Shown: positions 38,681 to 48,892, counted from the stretch's first letter. The stretch: DNA of 64,000 nucleotides from Spirochaetota bacterium (GCA_041753395.1 JBGSUQ010000029.1:326706-390705), one strand, 5' to 3'. A program made the numbers and translations. Notes: generated by a model not told the origin, from the sequence alone.

Positions 38681-39007
38681 ATGGAACTGAAGCTTGTAAA
38701 ATCATACCTGCACGGCGAAGACAACTCAATGGCGCACCTTTCCATAGAGGCCGCATACGGATACCGTGGAGTTATGTGCAGGGATACTATCCAGATTAAC
38801 TACAACGGGAAAAAACGTGAGGCTTTCATTGCCGCCAAGGTGCTGAACCCTGGCGCCGGCACTGTTATTGAAAGGATGATAGAAGCCATTACGGCCGTTG
38901 ACTATTCGTCTTCGCGGGTAAAGAACCCGCCCCTCCTGATACTGGAAACTCTGGCCGAACGGTTAAATTTAAAGTATGACACCGAGGAGGCGGAGCGGAC
39001 CCTGTAA
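38681..39007 (+). CDS. Small hypothetical protein (108 aa)
   Basis: Lies 6 bp downstream of the CNBD gene on the same strand. No recognisable motif. Confidence 0.45.
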   Translation: MELKLVKSYLHGEDNSMAHLSIEAAYGYRGVMCRDTIQINYNGKKREAFIAAKVLNPGAGTVIERMIEAITAVDYSSSRVKNPPLLILETLAERLNLKYDTEEAERTL

Positions 39008-39029
39008 AACCTGCGTCCCCCGTCAGTCA

Positions 39030-40328
39030 CTACAGCTTTTTCCCGGTAATCACGTAATAAGCAATCGGCACTGATTCGTTGCCCACGTCTCCACCTGCAC
39101 CGGGAGCTGCTATGGAATCGCCCACAAGGTACAGGTCCGAGAACCCGGGCACCGCAACGCCCGGCCGCCGGTGTTCCGTCTGGCTGATGTTGACCTGCGC
39201 CCCGTCAACCATCTTCAGGGAAGTTTCCCGCTTCCAGAGTATATGGTCCTCGATGGCCGGAAAATACTTCTTAATGGCCTGCCACAGCTCCTCTTTCCGC
39301 TGCATGCGCAGGTTGTTGTCGCGCACATCCTCCATCGTCGTCGGGTAGAACATGGTGAGGAGCTGGCCGCCCTCCGGAGCAAGGCCGTCCGCCAGGTTCG
39401 ATGTGATCATGCCGTAGGTCATGGGGTTGTAGGTGTACAGGAGCCCGTCGTAGTCCCCCACCCTGCTCTTCAGGGCGATGTCGAAAAATATGCCCGATGT
39501 GGGGACGAGGGTCTTGCACAGCTTGACGTATTCCCGGTCGAACTTTTCCTCCGGAAGGATGCCGAAGATATCCTGCACCGGAAGGTTGATCACGACGCGG
39601 TCGGCAGTGTATTTTTTACGGCCCGCTACGACGCCGGCGGCTTTTCCCCTTGCCGTCAGCACCGAATCCACCTTCGCGCCGTAATGGATCGTCCCTTTTT
39701 TCTCGATTTCTCCGATCAGGGTCCGGTACACCGGCTTCCATCCGCCGGCGAGATACTCCGCCGAATGGCCCGTAACGAAGACCTTGTGCAGATTGCGGAA
39801 CATCTCCCCGGCAGAAGTCTTCTCCAGAAATGGACACACCATCACCGAGGCGCTGATAAGCTCAAGGTAACGGCGAACACCCCCGGTGATCCTGTTCAGG
39901 TTCAGCCAGTCGCGGAGAGACACGTCCATGTAGCCTTCGTTGAGGGCGCCCTTCTTTATTTTCAGGAGCAGGCCGATGAGCTTGATTTTCTCGAGAAAGG
40001 TAAACATGCCGCTCTTGAAGATACCGTCCGGGCTGGTGGGGAAGAGGACCTTCTTGCCATTCTGGTCAATGACATAGGAAAGGCCGAGTTTGCGAAACGC
40101 GACCTCAGAGCCGATCCTCTTCATGATCTTCGCCAGGGAGCTCTCCGGGCCGAACCGCGTGAGGTGCACCCCGTAGTCCATCACGTACCCGCCGTACTCG
40201 TACATAAATGCCCTGCCACCGGGATGGCTGTTTTTCTCGAAGACCGTGACCTCTTCGCCGTCATGGGCGAGAAGAGCCCCCAGCAGGAGGCCGTTTATCC
40301 CGGCGCCGACGATTATTGTTTTACTCAT
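39030..40328 (-). CDS. FAD/NAD(P)-dependent oxidoreductase of the phytoene desaturase / amine oxidase family
   Basis: Start refined to the internal Met 'MSKTIIVGAGINGLLLGALLAHDGEEVTVFEKNSHPGGRA' (dinucleotide-binding GxGxxG + E). ATGA overlap with the upstream membrane-protein gene. Confidence 0.8.
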   Translation of the reverse strand: MSKTIIVGAGINGLLLGALLAHDGEEVTVFEKNSHPGGRAFMYEYGGYVMDYGVHLTRFGPESSLAKIMKRIGSEVAFRKLGLSYVIDQNGKKVLFPTSPDGIFKSGMFTFLEKIKLIGLLLKIKKGALNEGYMDVSLRDWLNLNRITGGVRRYLELISASVMVCPFLEKTSAGEMFRNLHKVFVTGHSAEYLAGGWKPVYRTLIGEIEKKGTIHYGAKVDSVLTARGKAAGVVAGRKKYTADRVVINLPVQDIFGILPEEKFDREYVKLCKTLVPTSGIFFDIALKSRVGDYDGLLYTYNPMTYGMITSNLADGLAPEGGQLLTMFYPTTMEDVRDNNLRMQRKEELWQAIKKYFPAIEDHILWKRETSLKMVDGAQVNISQTEHRRPGVAVPGFSDLYLVGDSIAAPGAGGDVGNESVPIAYYVITGKKL

Positions 40329-40777
40329 CAGGCCTGTTCCTTTTTCACCAGCCGGTAGAGCACCAGCATTATCACCCCGAGTGGAAAATCGGAAAAAAGT
40401 ATTATGAGGTTCGCCAGGGTGTTCCACCCGCTCCCGGAGCAGGCAAATCCAGCAATGAAAAATCCGAGCCCGAAAAGTGAGGAAGTGAACTTTGCCGTCA
40501 CCAGCGGGATGGCCATCCGGTAGTTTTTCCTGATGTCTTTATAGATGAAAATGGATAATACCGTAATGGTGGCCATCATGGACACAGTCAGGGAAAGCCA
40601 GAACTTGCCGGAATCCGACGCGAGCGGCAGCGACGGAAAAAAGGTTATTGAAAAACCATTCATTACGGCAAACATCGGCCCCGGCAGGCAGATAAAGACC
40701 AGGACCGCGACGATGAAAATCACGGCATAGAGAAGTCCGGCATATTTCATGATTTTTTCGTTTTTCGTCAGTTCCAT
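40328..40777 (-). CDS. Small 4-TM membrane protein, hypothetical
   Basis: Four hydrophobic helices. Translationally coupled to the oxidoreductase. Confidence 0.5.
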   Translation of the reverse strand: MELTKNEKIMKYAGLLYAVIFIVAVLVFICLPGPMFAVMNGFSITFFPSLPLASDSGKFWLSLTVSMMATITVLSIFIYKDIRKNYRMAIPLVTAKFTSSLFGLGFFIAGFACSGSGWNTLANLIILFSDFPLGVIMLVLYRLVKKEQA

Positions 40778-40932
40778 GTGATTCTCCGGTTGAGGAAAGA
40801 TTTCATTGTCGGGTAAGAAAATCCTAGTATTCTAATACAAACAATTTATCCATTTGTCAACAAACTATTTGACATCATTCAAACTGCCATCTACAAGGGC
40901 ATACAATTCGATGCAGCAACCGTCACGACAGT

Positions 40933-41610
40933 ATGAAACAGAAAAAAATAATCATCATAGCCGATTCGGTTTCCATGCCCCGCAATGGCATAGCGTATGA
41001 GGAAACGTGGATACACATGCTGAAGCGTGAGTTCCCCGCCTATGACATCATCGATCGAACCGCTCGCGGAAGCACATCCACGCGGCTGGTCACGGAAGGA
41101 GGCGGCGGCGCCGACCTGCTTGAAACATATATGCCCGACATCGTTATACTGCAGCAGGGAATGGCTGAAGCTGCGCCGCGCCTCTTTGACAAGAGGGGCA
41201 TGGAATTTACCATAATCAGCAGATATATGCCGCCGCGGTTCAGGCAAAAGTATATAGAATACGTGAAAAAGAGACGGATCAGGAATCCCGATATAACGGA
41301 CGTTGCGCCGGAGCAGTTCCGGACCAATATCATGGCATTTTTCGAACGCGCAAAAAAGATTTCCGCCAGGATCATACTGATCCCGATCCTGCCGCCGACG
41401 GATGAATACACGAGGAAAAGCCCCCATGCCCCGAAGAATGTGGACCGGTACAATGCCATTTACCGGGAAACGGCCGCCACGTTCGATAACGTAACCATTG
41501 TTGACCCCTTCCGGCCGGGGATTGACATCAATACCATTTCAATAGACGAGCTCCATGTCAATTCCGAAGGTTCCCGGTTGATTTTTACAGCGCTTAAACC
41601 CTTACTCTGA
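40933..41610 (+). CDS. SGNH/GDSL-family hydrolase
   Basis: N-terminal block I 'IIIADSVS' (GDS(L) nucleophile Ser). Size 225 aa. Confidence 0.7.
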   Translation: MKQKKIIIIADSVSMPRNGIAYEETWIHMLKREFPAYDIIDRTARGSTSTRLVTEGGGGADLLETYMPDIVILQQGMAEAAPRLFDKRGMEFTIISRYMPPRFRQKYIEYVKKRRIRNPDITDVAPEQFRTNIMAFFERAKKISARIILIPILPPTDEYTRKSPHAPKNVDRYNAIYRETAATFDNVTIVDPFRPGIDINTISIDELHVNSEGSRLIFTALKPLL

Positions 41611-41772
41611 CACACCTGTTCCGATGTAAACAGAGTTCACTGTTTTTAATTAAAACAAACATTTTGGCAAAGCCATCTGATTATTTTATTTACTTTTAAA
41701 CTCCCTCCGGTTATAATGTCATTGATAAGTATTACTCTATTAAATGATAAAAAAAAACGGTCATAGTAAACC

Positions 41773-42555
41773 ATGGACCTCAAGAAGAAGCTCATCATAA
41801 TCATCGGCTTATGCCTCATCCTCTCTGTCGGCTCCATCATTATAGTAACGAAAATTTTCGACAAGACCGAGGAACAGCTTTTCCAGAAATGCCGTATCGA
41901 GGCACTTGTCGGCGCCAAGGTTATAAACACATTCATGGAACTTATGGTGCACACCAACCAGCTTACGGCCGATCAGATCATGGATACCGTGTATGTCCCC
42001 ATAGCAGGCACCAGCCCGCAGAAATACCGCACCCAGTACGATGCCATCTTCGACAGCTACATCCAGAAGTTCGAGGACGAGTTTCTCAACGACGAGGACG
42101 TGGTGTTTTCGATATTGATCGATAAAAACGGATATGTGCCGACGCACAACTCCAAGTATTCCCGTCCGCCCGATGCTGACCGGAATAAAAACCTCTTATA
42201 TAGCCGCTCAAAAAGAAATTTCGCCGACAAGCCTGAAATCAAGCAGGTGTTGCAGTACCGCGGCGAAGGCACTGTAAAGTACCTGTATGAACGCGACACT
42301 GGAGAAAGCATGTGGAATATCGGCACTCCGGTCAAGTTCCGCGACAAGCACTGGGGGGCATACCTGGTGGGTATATCCCTGCACCGGATCGACATCATAA
42401 AAAACCAGATGGTTATCATTACCGTGACCATCATGATAATAATACTGAGCTTCACTCTCCTCGTCATACTGGCAGTTATACCGCAGAAATATCTGGTGCC
42501 TCCGGTGAAGCCGGGAGCGCCCGATGGAACAGGTAACGCTCCGGACGCCGGTTGA
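41773..42555 (+). CDS. Sensor-only membrane protein with periplasmic sCache-like domain (paralog A), TM-Cache-TM and no output domain
   Basis: N-terminal and C-terminal TM helices. 'ILIDKNGYVPTHNSKY...YSRSKRNF...YERDTGESMWNIGTPVKF..HWGAYLVGISL' resembles the Cache_2 pattern. Confidence 0.55.
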   Translation: MDLKKKLIIIIGLCLILSVGSIIIVTKIFDKTEEQLFQKCRIEALVGAKVINTFMELMVHTNQLTADQIMDTVYVPIAGTSPQKYRTQYDAIFDSYIQKFEDEFLNDEDVVFSILIDKNGYVPTHNSKYSRPPDADRNKNLLYSRSKRNFADKPEIKQVLQYRGEGTVKYLYERDTGESMWNIGTPVKFRDKHWGAYLVGISLHRIDIIKNQMVIITVTIMIIILSFTLLVILAVIPQKYLVPPVKPGAPDGTGNAPDAG

Positions 42556-42735
42556 TCCTCACAGGGTGTTTCCAATTCGAGTTGTTTTTTAATTTGACAT
42601 ACTGTCAGACTCGGGATATATCATGGCATCAACAACCGTGACAGCCCTGTCACAACAAAACCGGTCATGATGGAATCGGCCCATGCCGCAATGCCTGCCG
42701 GACTCAGGCAAATTGAAAGTAAAAGGAGACATGAA

Positions 42736-43500
42736 ATGAATAACATCACCTATGGCCTGGAAGGGAAGATTGTGGTCGTAACCGGCGGCAGCCGGGGCAT
42801 CGGCCTGGAACTGGCCAGAAAGCTCATCGAGGAAAAGGCCAGGGTCGTGATCTGCGGCCGCAAGAAGGAAAACCTCGACGCCGCTACCGCTTCCCTGGGA
42901 GGCGGCGACCGCCTGTTCACGGTGGCGGCCCACATAGCGAAAGAGGAGGATGTGAACCGGCTCTTCGAAGAGGTGATGAACAGGTTTTCCCGTATTGACG
43001 TCCTGATCAACAATGTCGGCATGAACCTGATGACGCCCTCAACGGCGGATACCGAAATTGCGCAATGGCAGAAAATAATCGAGACAAACCTGACGGGCAC
43101 ATTCATCTGTTCCCGGAAAGCCGCAGCGATCATGAAGCAGGCGAAAAAAGGAAAAATCGTCAGCCTGTCATCGATTGCCGGCCGCAAGGCATCGCCGGGC
43201 CTGGGTATTTACGGCATTGCGAAGGCAGGAGTGGAGATGATGACAAAGGTCCTCGCGGCGGAACTGGCCATGTTCAACATACAAGTCAATGCCGTGGCTC
43301 CGGGCATGGTGCGCACCGACTTCAGCAAGCCCTTCTGGTCAAACAAGGATATCCACGACCATGTCGTGAAGAGCATCCCCATGGGCAGGATAGCAGAGCC
43401 CCTCGAGGCGGTCCACCCGGTCCTCTTTCTCGCATCAGAGGCTTCAAGCTATATCACCGGCCAGACCATCGTGGTTGACGGCGGCACCACCGTAATTTAA
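42736..43500 (+). CDS. SDR-family oxidoreductase
   Basis: Start refined to '[25 protein letters not shown]' (TGxxxGIG) with AAGGAG SD. Catalytic region '[10 protein letters not shown]' (YxxxK). Confidence 0.85.
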   Translation: MNNITYGLEGKIVVVTGGSRGIGLELARKLIEEKARVVICGRKKENLDAATASLGGGDRLFTVAAHIAKEEDVNRLFEEVMNRFSRIDVLINNVGMNLMTPSTADTEIAQWQKIIETNLTGTFICSRKAAAIMKQAKKGKIVSLSSIAGRKASPGLGIYGIAKAGVEMMTKVLAAELAMFNIQVNAVAPGMVRTDFSKPFWSNKDIHDHVVKSIPMGRIAEPLEAVHPVLFLASEASSYITGQTIVVDGGTTVI

Positions 43501-43510
43501 CCTGTCATAA

Positions 43511-43543
43511 TAAAAAAGGCGCCCGGGTTCTTCCGGCCGCCTT
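43511..43543 (-). terminator. Rho-independent terminator for the HEAT-repeat gene (hairpin GGCGCCCGG...CCGGCCGCC followed by a T-run on the minus strand); possibly bidirectional
   Basis: Imperfect 9-bp GC stem. A6 at 43512-43517 on the plus strand equals a T-run after the hairpin on the minus strand. Confidence 0.5.
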
Positions 43544-43572
43544 GTCTGTTCCCATTGTTCCAGATCCTTGTA

Positions 43573-44598
43573 TTACTTCTTTGAATCTTCCAGCTTGGTC
43601 TGGATGGTGTAGTATGCCTTTTTTGCCTCTTCCCTGACGCTCTTATTAAGGTCTTCCTTGGCTTTCTCAAGCGGCTTGAGGGAAGCGGGGTCAATTATCC
43701 GCTCCAGCGCCTTCACCGCTTCCAGCCTGATGTCAAAGTACGGGTCATTTATCATGCGGGCCAGGGTATTAATGGAGCCTCTGTCCCTCATCTGGGCAAG
43801 GGCCTTGACTGCTTCGAAGCGCACGTTCTTGTATTCATCGCTCGTCGCCTTGTGAACCAGCGGCAGGGCGTCAACAAACCTGTGCTTGCCGATATACGTG
43901 AGGGCGTCCACTTTGGACGCGACGCCTTCATTCATCCTCTTTACCATCATCATCAAAGGCGCGTCGTTGAGGGCCTTTTTGGCCTTATCAGTGCCGATGC
44001 TATCCATGATCTCGCGGGCCGCGCGCCGTATCTCGAGCTTGTTATCAGTCAGGGAGCCGATAAGGAGCTCTATTGCATCATCCGACTCAATATTCCCGAG
44101 GGCCTTTACTGCTTCCAGGCGGATCTGGTGCCGTGTATCATGAAGTTTTTCCTCGAGGTGCACTATCGAAGTATGGTCCTTCAGAGCGCCCATGGTCCGA
44201 ATAGCTTCAAGCTGCACCATTCCTTTCTTGTCGTTCAGAGCAAGGACGATGAGGCTGGACGCCTGGGCATCTATTTTTGCGCGGTCTGCAAGGATCCTGA
44301 GGGCATCGATCTTGTCATTCTGGGACCCTTCGACCATTATGGAATGAAGATCGTCAAGGATGCCATCGTCACCGGCTTCGGCCAGCTTGAGGATGGCTGC
44401 GTTTCTGACACGAACATCACGGTCATTTTTCATTTTACGCAACGCCATGATGATCTCTTCGTTTTTATCATCCCTGCTGACGAGGGTAAGAAAAGCTTTA
44501 AGCCTTATTTCGGGGTCTCGGTTGGTAGTGCATTTGATAAGGCCGGGTATATTATTCTCACTGATTAACTTTTCGATATTGGGTCTGAATAATGACAT
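43573..44598 (-). CDS. HEAT/PBS-lyase-type repeat protein
   Basis: Multiple 'DxxVRxxAxxALgxIgd' repeats (for example 'DRDVRVRNAAILKLAEAGDDG', 'DTRHQIRLEAVKALGNIESDDA'). Confidence 0.8.
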   Translation of the reverse strand: MSLFRPNIEKLISENNIPGLIKCTTNRDPEIRLKAFLTLVSRDDKNEEIIMALRKMKNDRDVRVRNAAILKLAEAGDDGILDDLHSIMVEGSQNDKIDALRILADRAKIDAQASSLIVLALNDKKGMVQLEAIRTMGALKDHTSIVHLEEKLHDTRHQIRLEAVKALGNIESDDAIELLIGSLTDNKLEIRRAAREIMDSIGTDKAKKALNDAPLMMMVKRMNEGVASKVDALTYIGKHRFVDALPLVHKATSDEYKNVRFEAVKALAQMRDRGSINTLARMINDPYFDIRLEAVKALERIIDPASLKPLEKAKEDLNKSVREEAKKAYYTIQTKLEDSKK

Positions 44599-44954
44599 TT
44601 AAGTTACCATGCCCTTTATAGCATTTTAGCCAGACTAGCAACTATGCAATAATTGTCAATATAAAACAATAAAATTGCGGCCCAATGGCGCGAAACTACA
44701 GTTTTCCGTGATGCAAAAATAACCAGAAATAGTGATTTCGTAAAGTACAATTTCAATTAATGATTCATTTTGATAAAGACAGCATAGAGGGATAACCAAT
44801 AGGTCCGTTATGTGATAAAACGGTTCACTATTAACTGCAAATAACCAACGGGAGAAAATTATAATAGACAATATAGTGAATATATGTAATATTTGTGCCA
44901 GATGATCGTGCAATGTTATTGTAAGATTCCTACTTTAATTAACCAGAGTACACT

Positions 44955-45713
44955 ATGAGCTTACGAAGAAAAATCATTTTAGCTATAGCCTTCAGCCTGA
45001 TGTCATGTCTCGGGTCATATCTGATTATCTATAAGATTTTCAGCAACCTTGAAAACCAGCTCTACGAAAAGTGCCGTATTGAGGCCATGACAGGTTCCAG
45101 GGCGATGAGCGAAATCATGTACTTCATGATAAAAAACAATATGCTTTCTAAAGAAGATATATTCGACGAGAATTATATAGAGATTCCAGGGACCAATCCT
45201 AAGAAATACACGACCCGCTTTACCGCTGTTTTTACAAAATGGATGCAGGGAATCGAAGACCAGTTTCTCCTCGACACAGAGGTGGAATTCGCCATATTAA
45301 TGGATAAAAACGGATATGTCCCGATCCATAATTCGAAATATTCGCATCCGCCGACAAACAATTATGCCCGCGATGTTATATACAGCAGGTCACAGCGGAA
45401 ATTTTCCGCCTTTGAAGGAATAAAAAAAATACTGGATTATAACGGCGATAGCGCCATTAAAAAGCTGTACAAGCGGGACACCGGCGAAATGATCTGGAAC
45501 ATAGGGGCGCCGGTTCGGCTTTACGGCAAGCAGTGGGGGTCCTTTATCATAGGCGTTAATCTGATAAATATTGACAAGATCAAGAACCAGATGCTGGTAC
45601 TTATCGTTATAACCATGACCGCCATTCTGGCGGTTACCAACCTGATAATCTTTATGATGATCCCGCGCCGCTATGATTCGTCCACCGACCAGGAAACAAA
45701 ACTGATGGAATAA
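44955..45713 (+). CDS. Sensor-only membrane protein with periplasmic sCache-like domain (paralog B)
   Basis: About 45-50% identical to the 41773-42555 product over the full length ('CRIEA', 'DKNGYVP.HNSKYS.PP', 'YSRS.R.F', 'RDTGE.IWNIGAPV', 'IKNQM'). Confidence 0.55.
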   Translation: MSLRRKIILAIAFSLMSCLGSYLIIYKIFSNLENQLYEKCRIEAMTGSRAMSEIMYFMIKNNMLSKEDIFDENYIEIPGTNPKKYTTRFTAVFTKWMQGIEDQFLLDTEVEFAILMDKNGYVPIHNSKYSHPPTNNYARDVIYSRSQRKFSAFEGIKKILDYNGDSAIKKLYKRDTGEMIWNIGAPVRLYGKQWGSFIIGVNLINIDKIKNQMLVLIVITMTAILAVTNLIIFMMIPRRYDSSTDQETKLME

Positions 45714-45776
45714 CCGGTTGCCGGGCCGACAGATTGCTGCTCAGTAAAACCTTTAAAAAATCATTGATCCAAATCA

Positions 45777-45802
45777 GAACACCCGCCAGTGGCGGGTGTT
45801 CT
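45777..45802. terminator. Perfect 11-bp-stem hairpin (GAACACCCGCC-AGTG-GGCGGGTGTTC) between convergent genes
   Basis: Seen directly in the sequence. T-rich tracts on both sides. Confidence 0.5.
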
Positions 45803-45830
45803 GCTGTTTCACCACGATGTTCGATGAATA

Positions 45831-46109
45831 CTAATACTTGATATTCATCTCGGTCATTTCTTTCTCGATAAAGTACTCAACCGGCGTAACGCCGTATATC
45901 TTTTCAAAGTCACCTTTATACGGGCAGAGGTTGCATCCGATTTTCTCCAGGACGTTGGTCAGTTTCAGCATTTGCTTGGCTGTATCCTTATCGACAGCCG
46001 TCTTCCCTCCGCCCTGCATGCTTGTTTCCAGATACTTCCTCATTTTCTGCAAAACACATGCCTTGCATTTTTCCGCATGTTCTCTTACATTTTTGGTAAT
46101 TAACGCCAT
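45831..46109 (-). CDS. Small Cys-containing hypothetical protein (92 aa)
   Basis: 'CKAC' and 'CNLCP' pairs suggest a small metal-binding protein. No family recognised. Confidence 0.4.
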   Translation of the reverse strand: MALITKNVREHAEKCKACVLQKMRKYLETSMQGGGKTAVDKDTAKQMLKLTNVLEKIGCNLCPYKGDFEKIYGVTPVEYFIEKEMTEMNIKY

Positions 46110-46438
46110 TGAAGCTTCCTCCCCTGAACGATGTTTTCAATTAATTAAGGTTACTGTTTAACCATTTTGATACATAATAACATTTATGTTAAAAAATTTC
46201 CACTAAAAAATTTACAAAAATATTATATACGGCCATTTTATTAGTCTCGATACAATCGGGACGAAGGGATACATGGATGTATCGCCGTTTTTCGAGACGG
46301 TTGCCGGGAAAAACGTAAGGTTTTATTATTTCACTTCCCAAAACCGACCTGTGCTGGACACGATGTCCGAATGCCGACGTTGATCAGAGCGCAAAATGCG
46401 TCGGCAAAAATTCCATGAATGGAGTTTTTCAGGCACTG

Positions 46439-46885
46439 TTAGAGAAAAAACCGTATCAGTTTCGCAAAGAAATAGGCCCCGGTAAAGAGAAAGATGGGGA
46501 TGGTCGCGAAAAATGCGGCCACTTCACCAGGCTTGACCACCGAAGGATGCAAAACTTTTTTCCCGAAAAAATTATAATGATAATTCTCCGGCAATTTTGA
46601 CCGCTGGTATAGCCTTCTCAAAATGGTGATCTGTGTTATTAACGACAACACCATAATGAAGCCGTTCAGTATCCACATCATGAGCGGGAATTTGATTTTT
46701 TGAATCTGTTCCGGCTTATACAGGGCCACGAAGATCAGGGCGGCCGAAATAAAAACGTTACTTATCGTGGTAAGGATATACTTCTGCAGCAGTTCGGGTC
46801 TACGTGACTGGATATATCTGGCAAGGTATGATAAGTGGATCGCAAGGGACAGCAGCAGCACCAGGAATAAAAGGACTATTATCAC
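46439..46885 (-). CDS. 4-TM membrane protein, hypothetical
   Basis: Hydrophobic helices separated by short basic loops. Confidence 0.45.
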   Translation of the reverse strand: MIIVLLFLVLLLSLAIHLSYLARYIQSRRPELLQKYILTTISNVFISAALIFVALYKPEQIQKIKFPLMMWILNGFIMVLSLITQITILRRLYQRSKLPENYHYNFFGKKVLHPSVVKPGEVAAFFATIPIFLFTGAYFFAKLIRFFL

Positions 46886-47193
46886 CTATCTCTCCGAAAA
46901 TAGCGGGAATTACACAAAATAACAACTGGAGGCGTGCATAGCATACTCCCCTGATAAATGTACAAAATAGAATTATTCGGTCATTTACAGGTTATCTATT
47001 TTCAACCCCCCCATTGAGGAAGAGTGGGTCATCAAATATTTGACATATGAAATTAAAGTACCCTGACCGATGCAAGCTGAAGAAAACCATACTACCGCGA
47101 CTGTTTGTAATAATAGGCCACTTGTATAAAAAAGTCAAGAGAAAGACTATATTTTTTTTAAGTCCGGGGCGGGGAAACCAGTAACGGCTGATT

Positions 47194-47240
47194 AAAAAAA
47201 AGATTTCCTCCCTGAAGGATTTTAATCTCCTTCAGGGAGG
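47194..47240 (-). terminator. Rho-independent terminator of gene 47309-47659 (13-bp perfect stem CCTCCCTGAAGGA / TCCTTCAGGGAGG followed by T8 on the minus strand)
   Basis: Perfect inverted repeat with 8-nt loop. A8 at 47194-47201 on the plus strand. Confidence 0.7.
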
Positions 47241-47308
47241 GGAAAAGGATATGGAGGGTTTAAATCGGTTATCAACCGTTAAACTGCATTGTTATAACGC
47301 AATAGAAC

Positions 47309-47659
47309 TCACACGTTCATCTTGCGCATTCTCCAGAAGGTTATGCTCCCGCTTACCAGAAGCATCCCCCCCAGAATACCGAGCAGGAGGCCGGCATTAG
47401 TCGTTGCTGAAACTTTCATAAATGACGCAGTCAGGATCGTGTCGTCCCCGGTAATGCTAAAAATGTCTGCATTACCCGTCATTTCCATTGTATGACCTGT
47501 AAAATTTAATGTCTGATCAATATATAGATCATGATTTGCTTGATAATTGTACAGAACAGCAAAATCACTGTCTGAGGACACATTGCCTGCTGAATAACTG
47601 CTCTTTAATGATAAAAACAGAAACGAAACAATAACAAGTATCAGGTAGTGTCTCTTCAT
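47309..47659 (-). CDS. Small secreted protein with C-terminal TM helix + basic tail (possible C-terminal sorting or anchor signal)
   Basis: Signal peptide 'LILVIVSFLFLSLKSSYSAG'. C-terminus 'AGLLLGILGGMLLVSGSITFWRMRKMNV'. Confidence 0.5.
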   Translation of the reverse strand: MKRHYLILVIVSFLFLSLKSSYSAGNVSSDSDFAVLYNYQANHDLYIDQTLNFTGHTMEMTGNADIFSITGDDTILTASFMKVSATTNAGLLLGILGGMLLVSGSITFWRMRKMNV

Positions 47660-48289
47660 TATAATGTTACAATTATCATCATGCTTATTTTAACTTTGAT
47701 AATTCTGTTAATTAAGCATACCATAATCCTTGATAAATAACTTAATTATATTCATAAATACAAATACAGTATACAATTAAATTAATAATACAATAGAATA
47801 GTAAGAATGTCAATTAGAAATCCCGACTGGATGGGTTTAAATATTATTTTTTTAATACTGCTTTTTTATGTATATTGATTTTTATTATATATATTATTTT
47901 GACTATATTTAGTATAAATAGCGTGGGATGGGGTTAGAGCAGCCAGGATGACCGAGAGACTCGATAACTCAACCATGGTGCCCAAACCTAAAGTAGAAGG
48001 TGAAACATATTCATATATTGCAGTTAAGAAACGAGTCAAATGTTTAAAATTATATTGACTCCTTATACAACCTGTTGCATATCTCATCAATAATGTTTCT
48101 TACAACCCGCCAGTGACGGAGATGCGGGATGTAGAAACTAGTTTGCTAATGCGACCGGTTCAATAATCATGATAATAGAGTAATTAACCATATGCGGCTT
48201 CAATACGGCCCCACTCTACATAAACAATTTCAAATAATGACCCGTATTCACATCATAAATAACGATCTTTTTTTACATCACAGTGTCTA

Positions 48290-48892
48290 ATGAACAGGAA
48301 CAGTAAAACAACGACCCGGCCGGAACAGGAAGACGACGCATTGATCAGAAGCTTCCTGTCGGACAATATCAATGCCTTTGACCGGCTCGTGATCAAGTAC
48401 AAGGATATGGTCTTTAATCTTTGTTTTCGCATCGTAAACGACTATGATGATGCCAATGATTGCGCCCAGGAGACGTTCATAAAAGTGTATAACAGTTTGA
48501 AACAATTCAGGTTCCAGTCGGGTTTCTCTACCTGGCTGTACCGTATCGCGATAAACACGTGCAGGAACAGGATCGCATCTTCCGGCAACCGTATCAGGAA
48601 AAAAATGCTGCGCATCGACAACCCGGGGGAACAGGGAAGCGACCCCGTAGAAATTCATGACTGCTCCTTCAATCCGGACAGCGTTTTCGAGAAAAACGAG
48701 CAGACCCGGATAATCCACCAGGCCATTGATGCGCTGCCGGAAGAGCTGAAGATACTGGTCGTACTGAGGGACCTCGAAGGGAACTCATACGAGGAGATTG
48801 CTGATATTACCGGGGTGAACCTGGGAACGGTCAAATCACGGCTGGCTCGGGCGCGGCACCTTCTGAGAGAGTCTCTGCGGGAGGTCATCTGA
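48290..48892 (+). CDS. ECF (sigma-70 family, group 4) RNA polymerase sigma factor
   Basis: Region 2 'FDRLVIKYKDMVFNLCFRIVNDYDDANDCAQETFIKVY'. Region 4 'VVLRDLEGNSYEEIADITGVNLGTVKSRLARAR'. Confidence 0.9.
   Translation: MNRNSKTTTRPEQEDDALIRSFLSDNINAFDRLVIKYKDMVFNLCFRIVNDYDDANDCAQETFIKVYNSLKQFRFQSGFSTWLYRIAINTCRNRIASSGNRIRKKMLRIDNPGEQGSDPVEIHDCSFNPDSVFEKNEQTRIIHQAIDALPEELKILVVLRDLEGNSYEEIADITGVNLGTVKSRLARARHLLRESLREVI

Noticed and set aside
39171-40358. 395-aa plus-strand ORF antisense to the FAD oxidoreductase
   Set aside because: Its low-complexity Arg/Ala/His-rich translation is typical of the antisense frame of a GC-rich gene. The minus-strand product has a textbook GxGxxG FAD-binding start.
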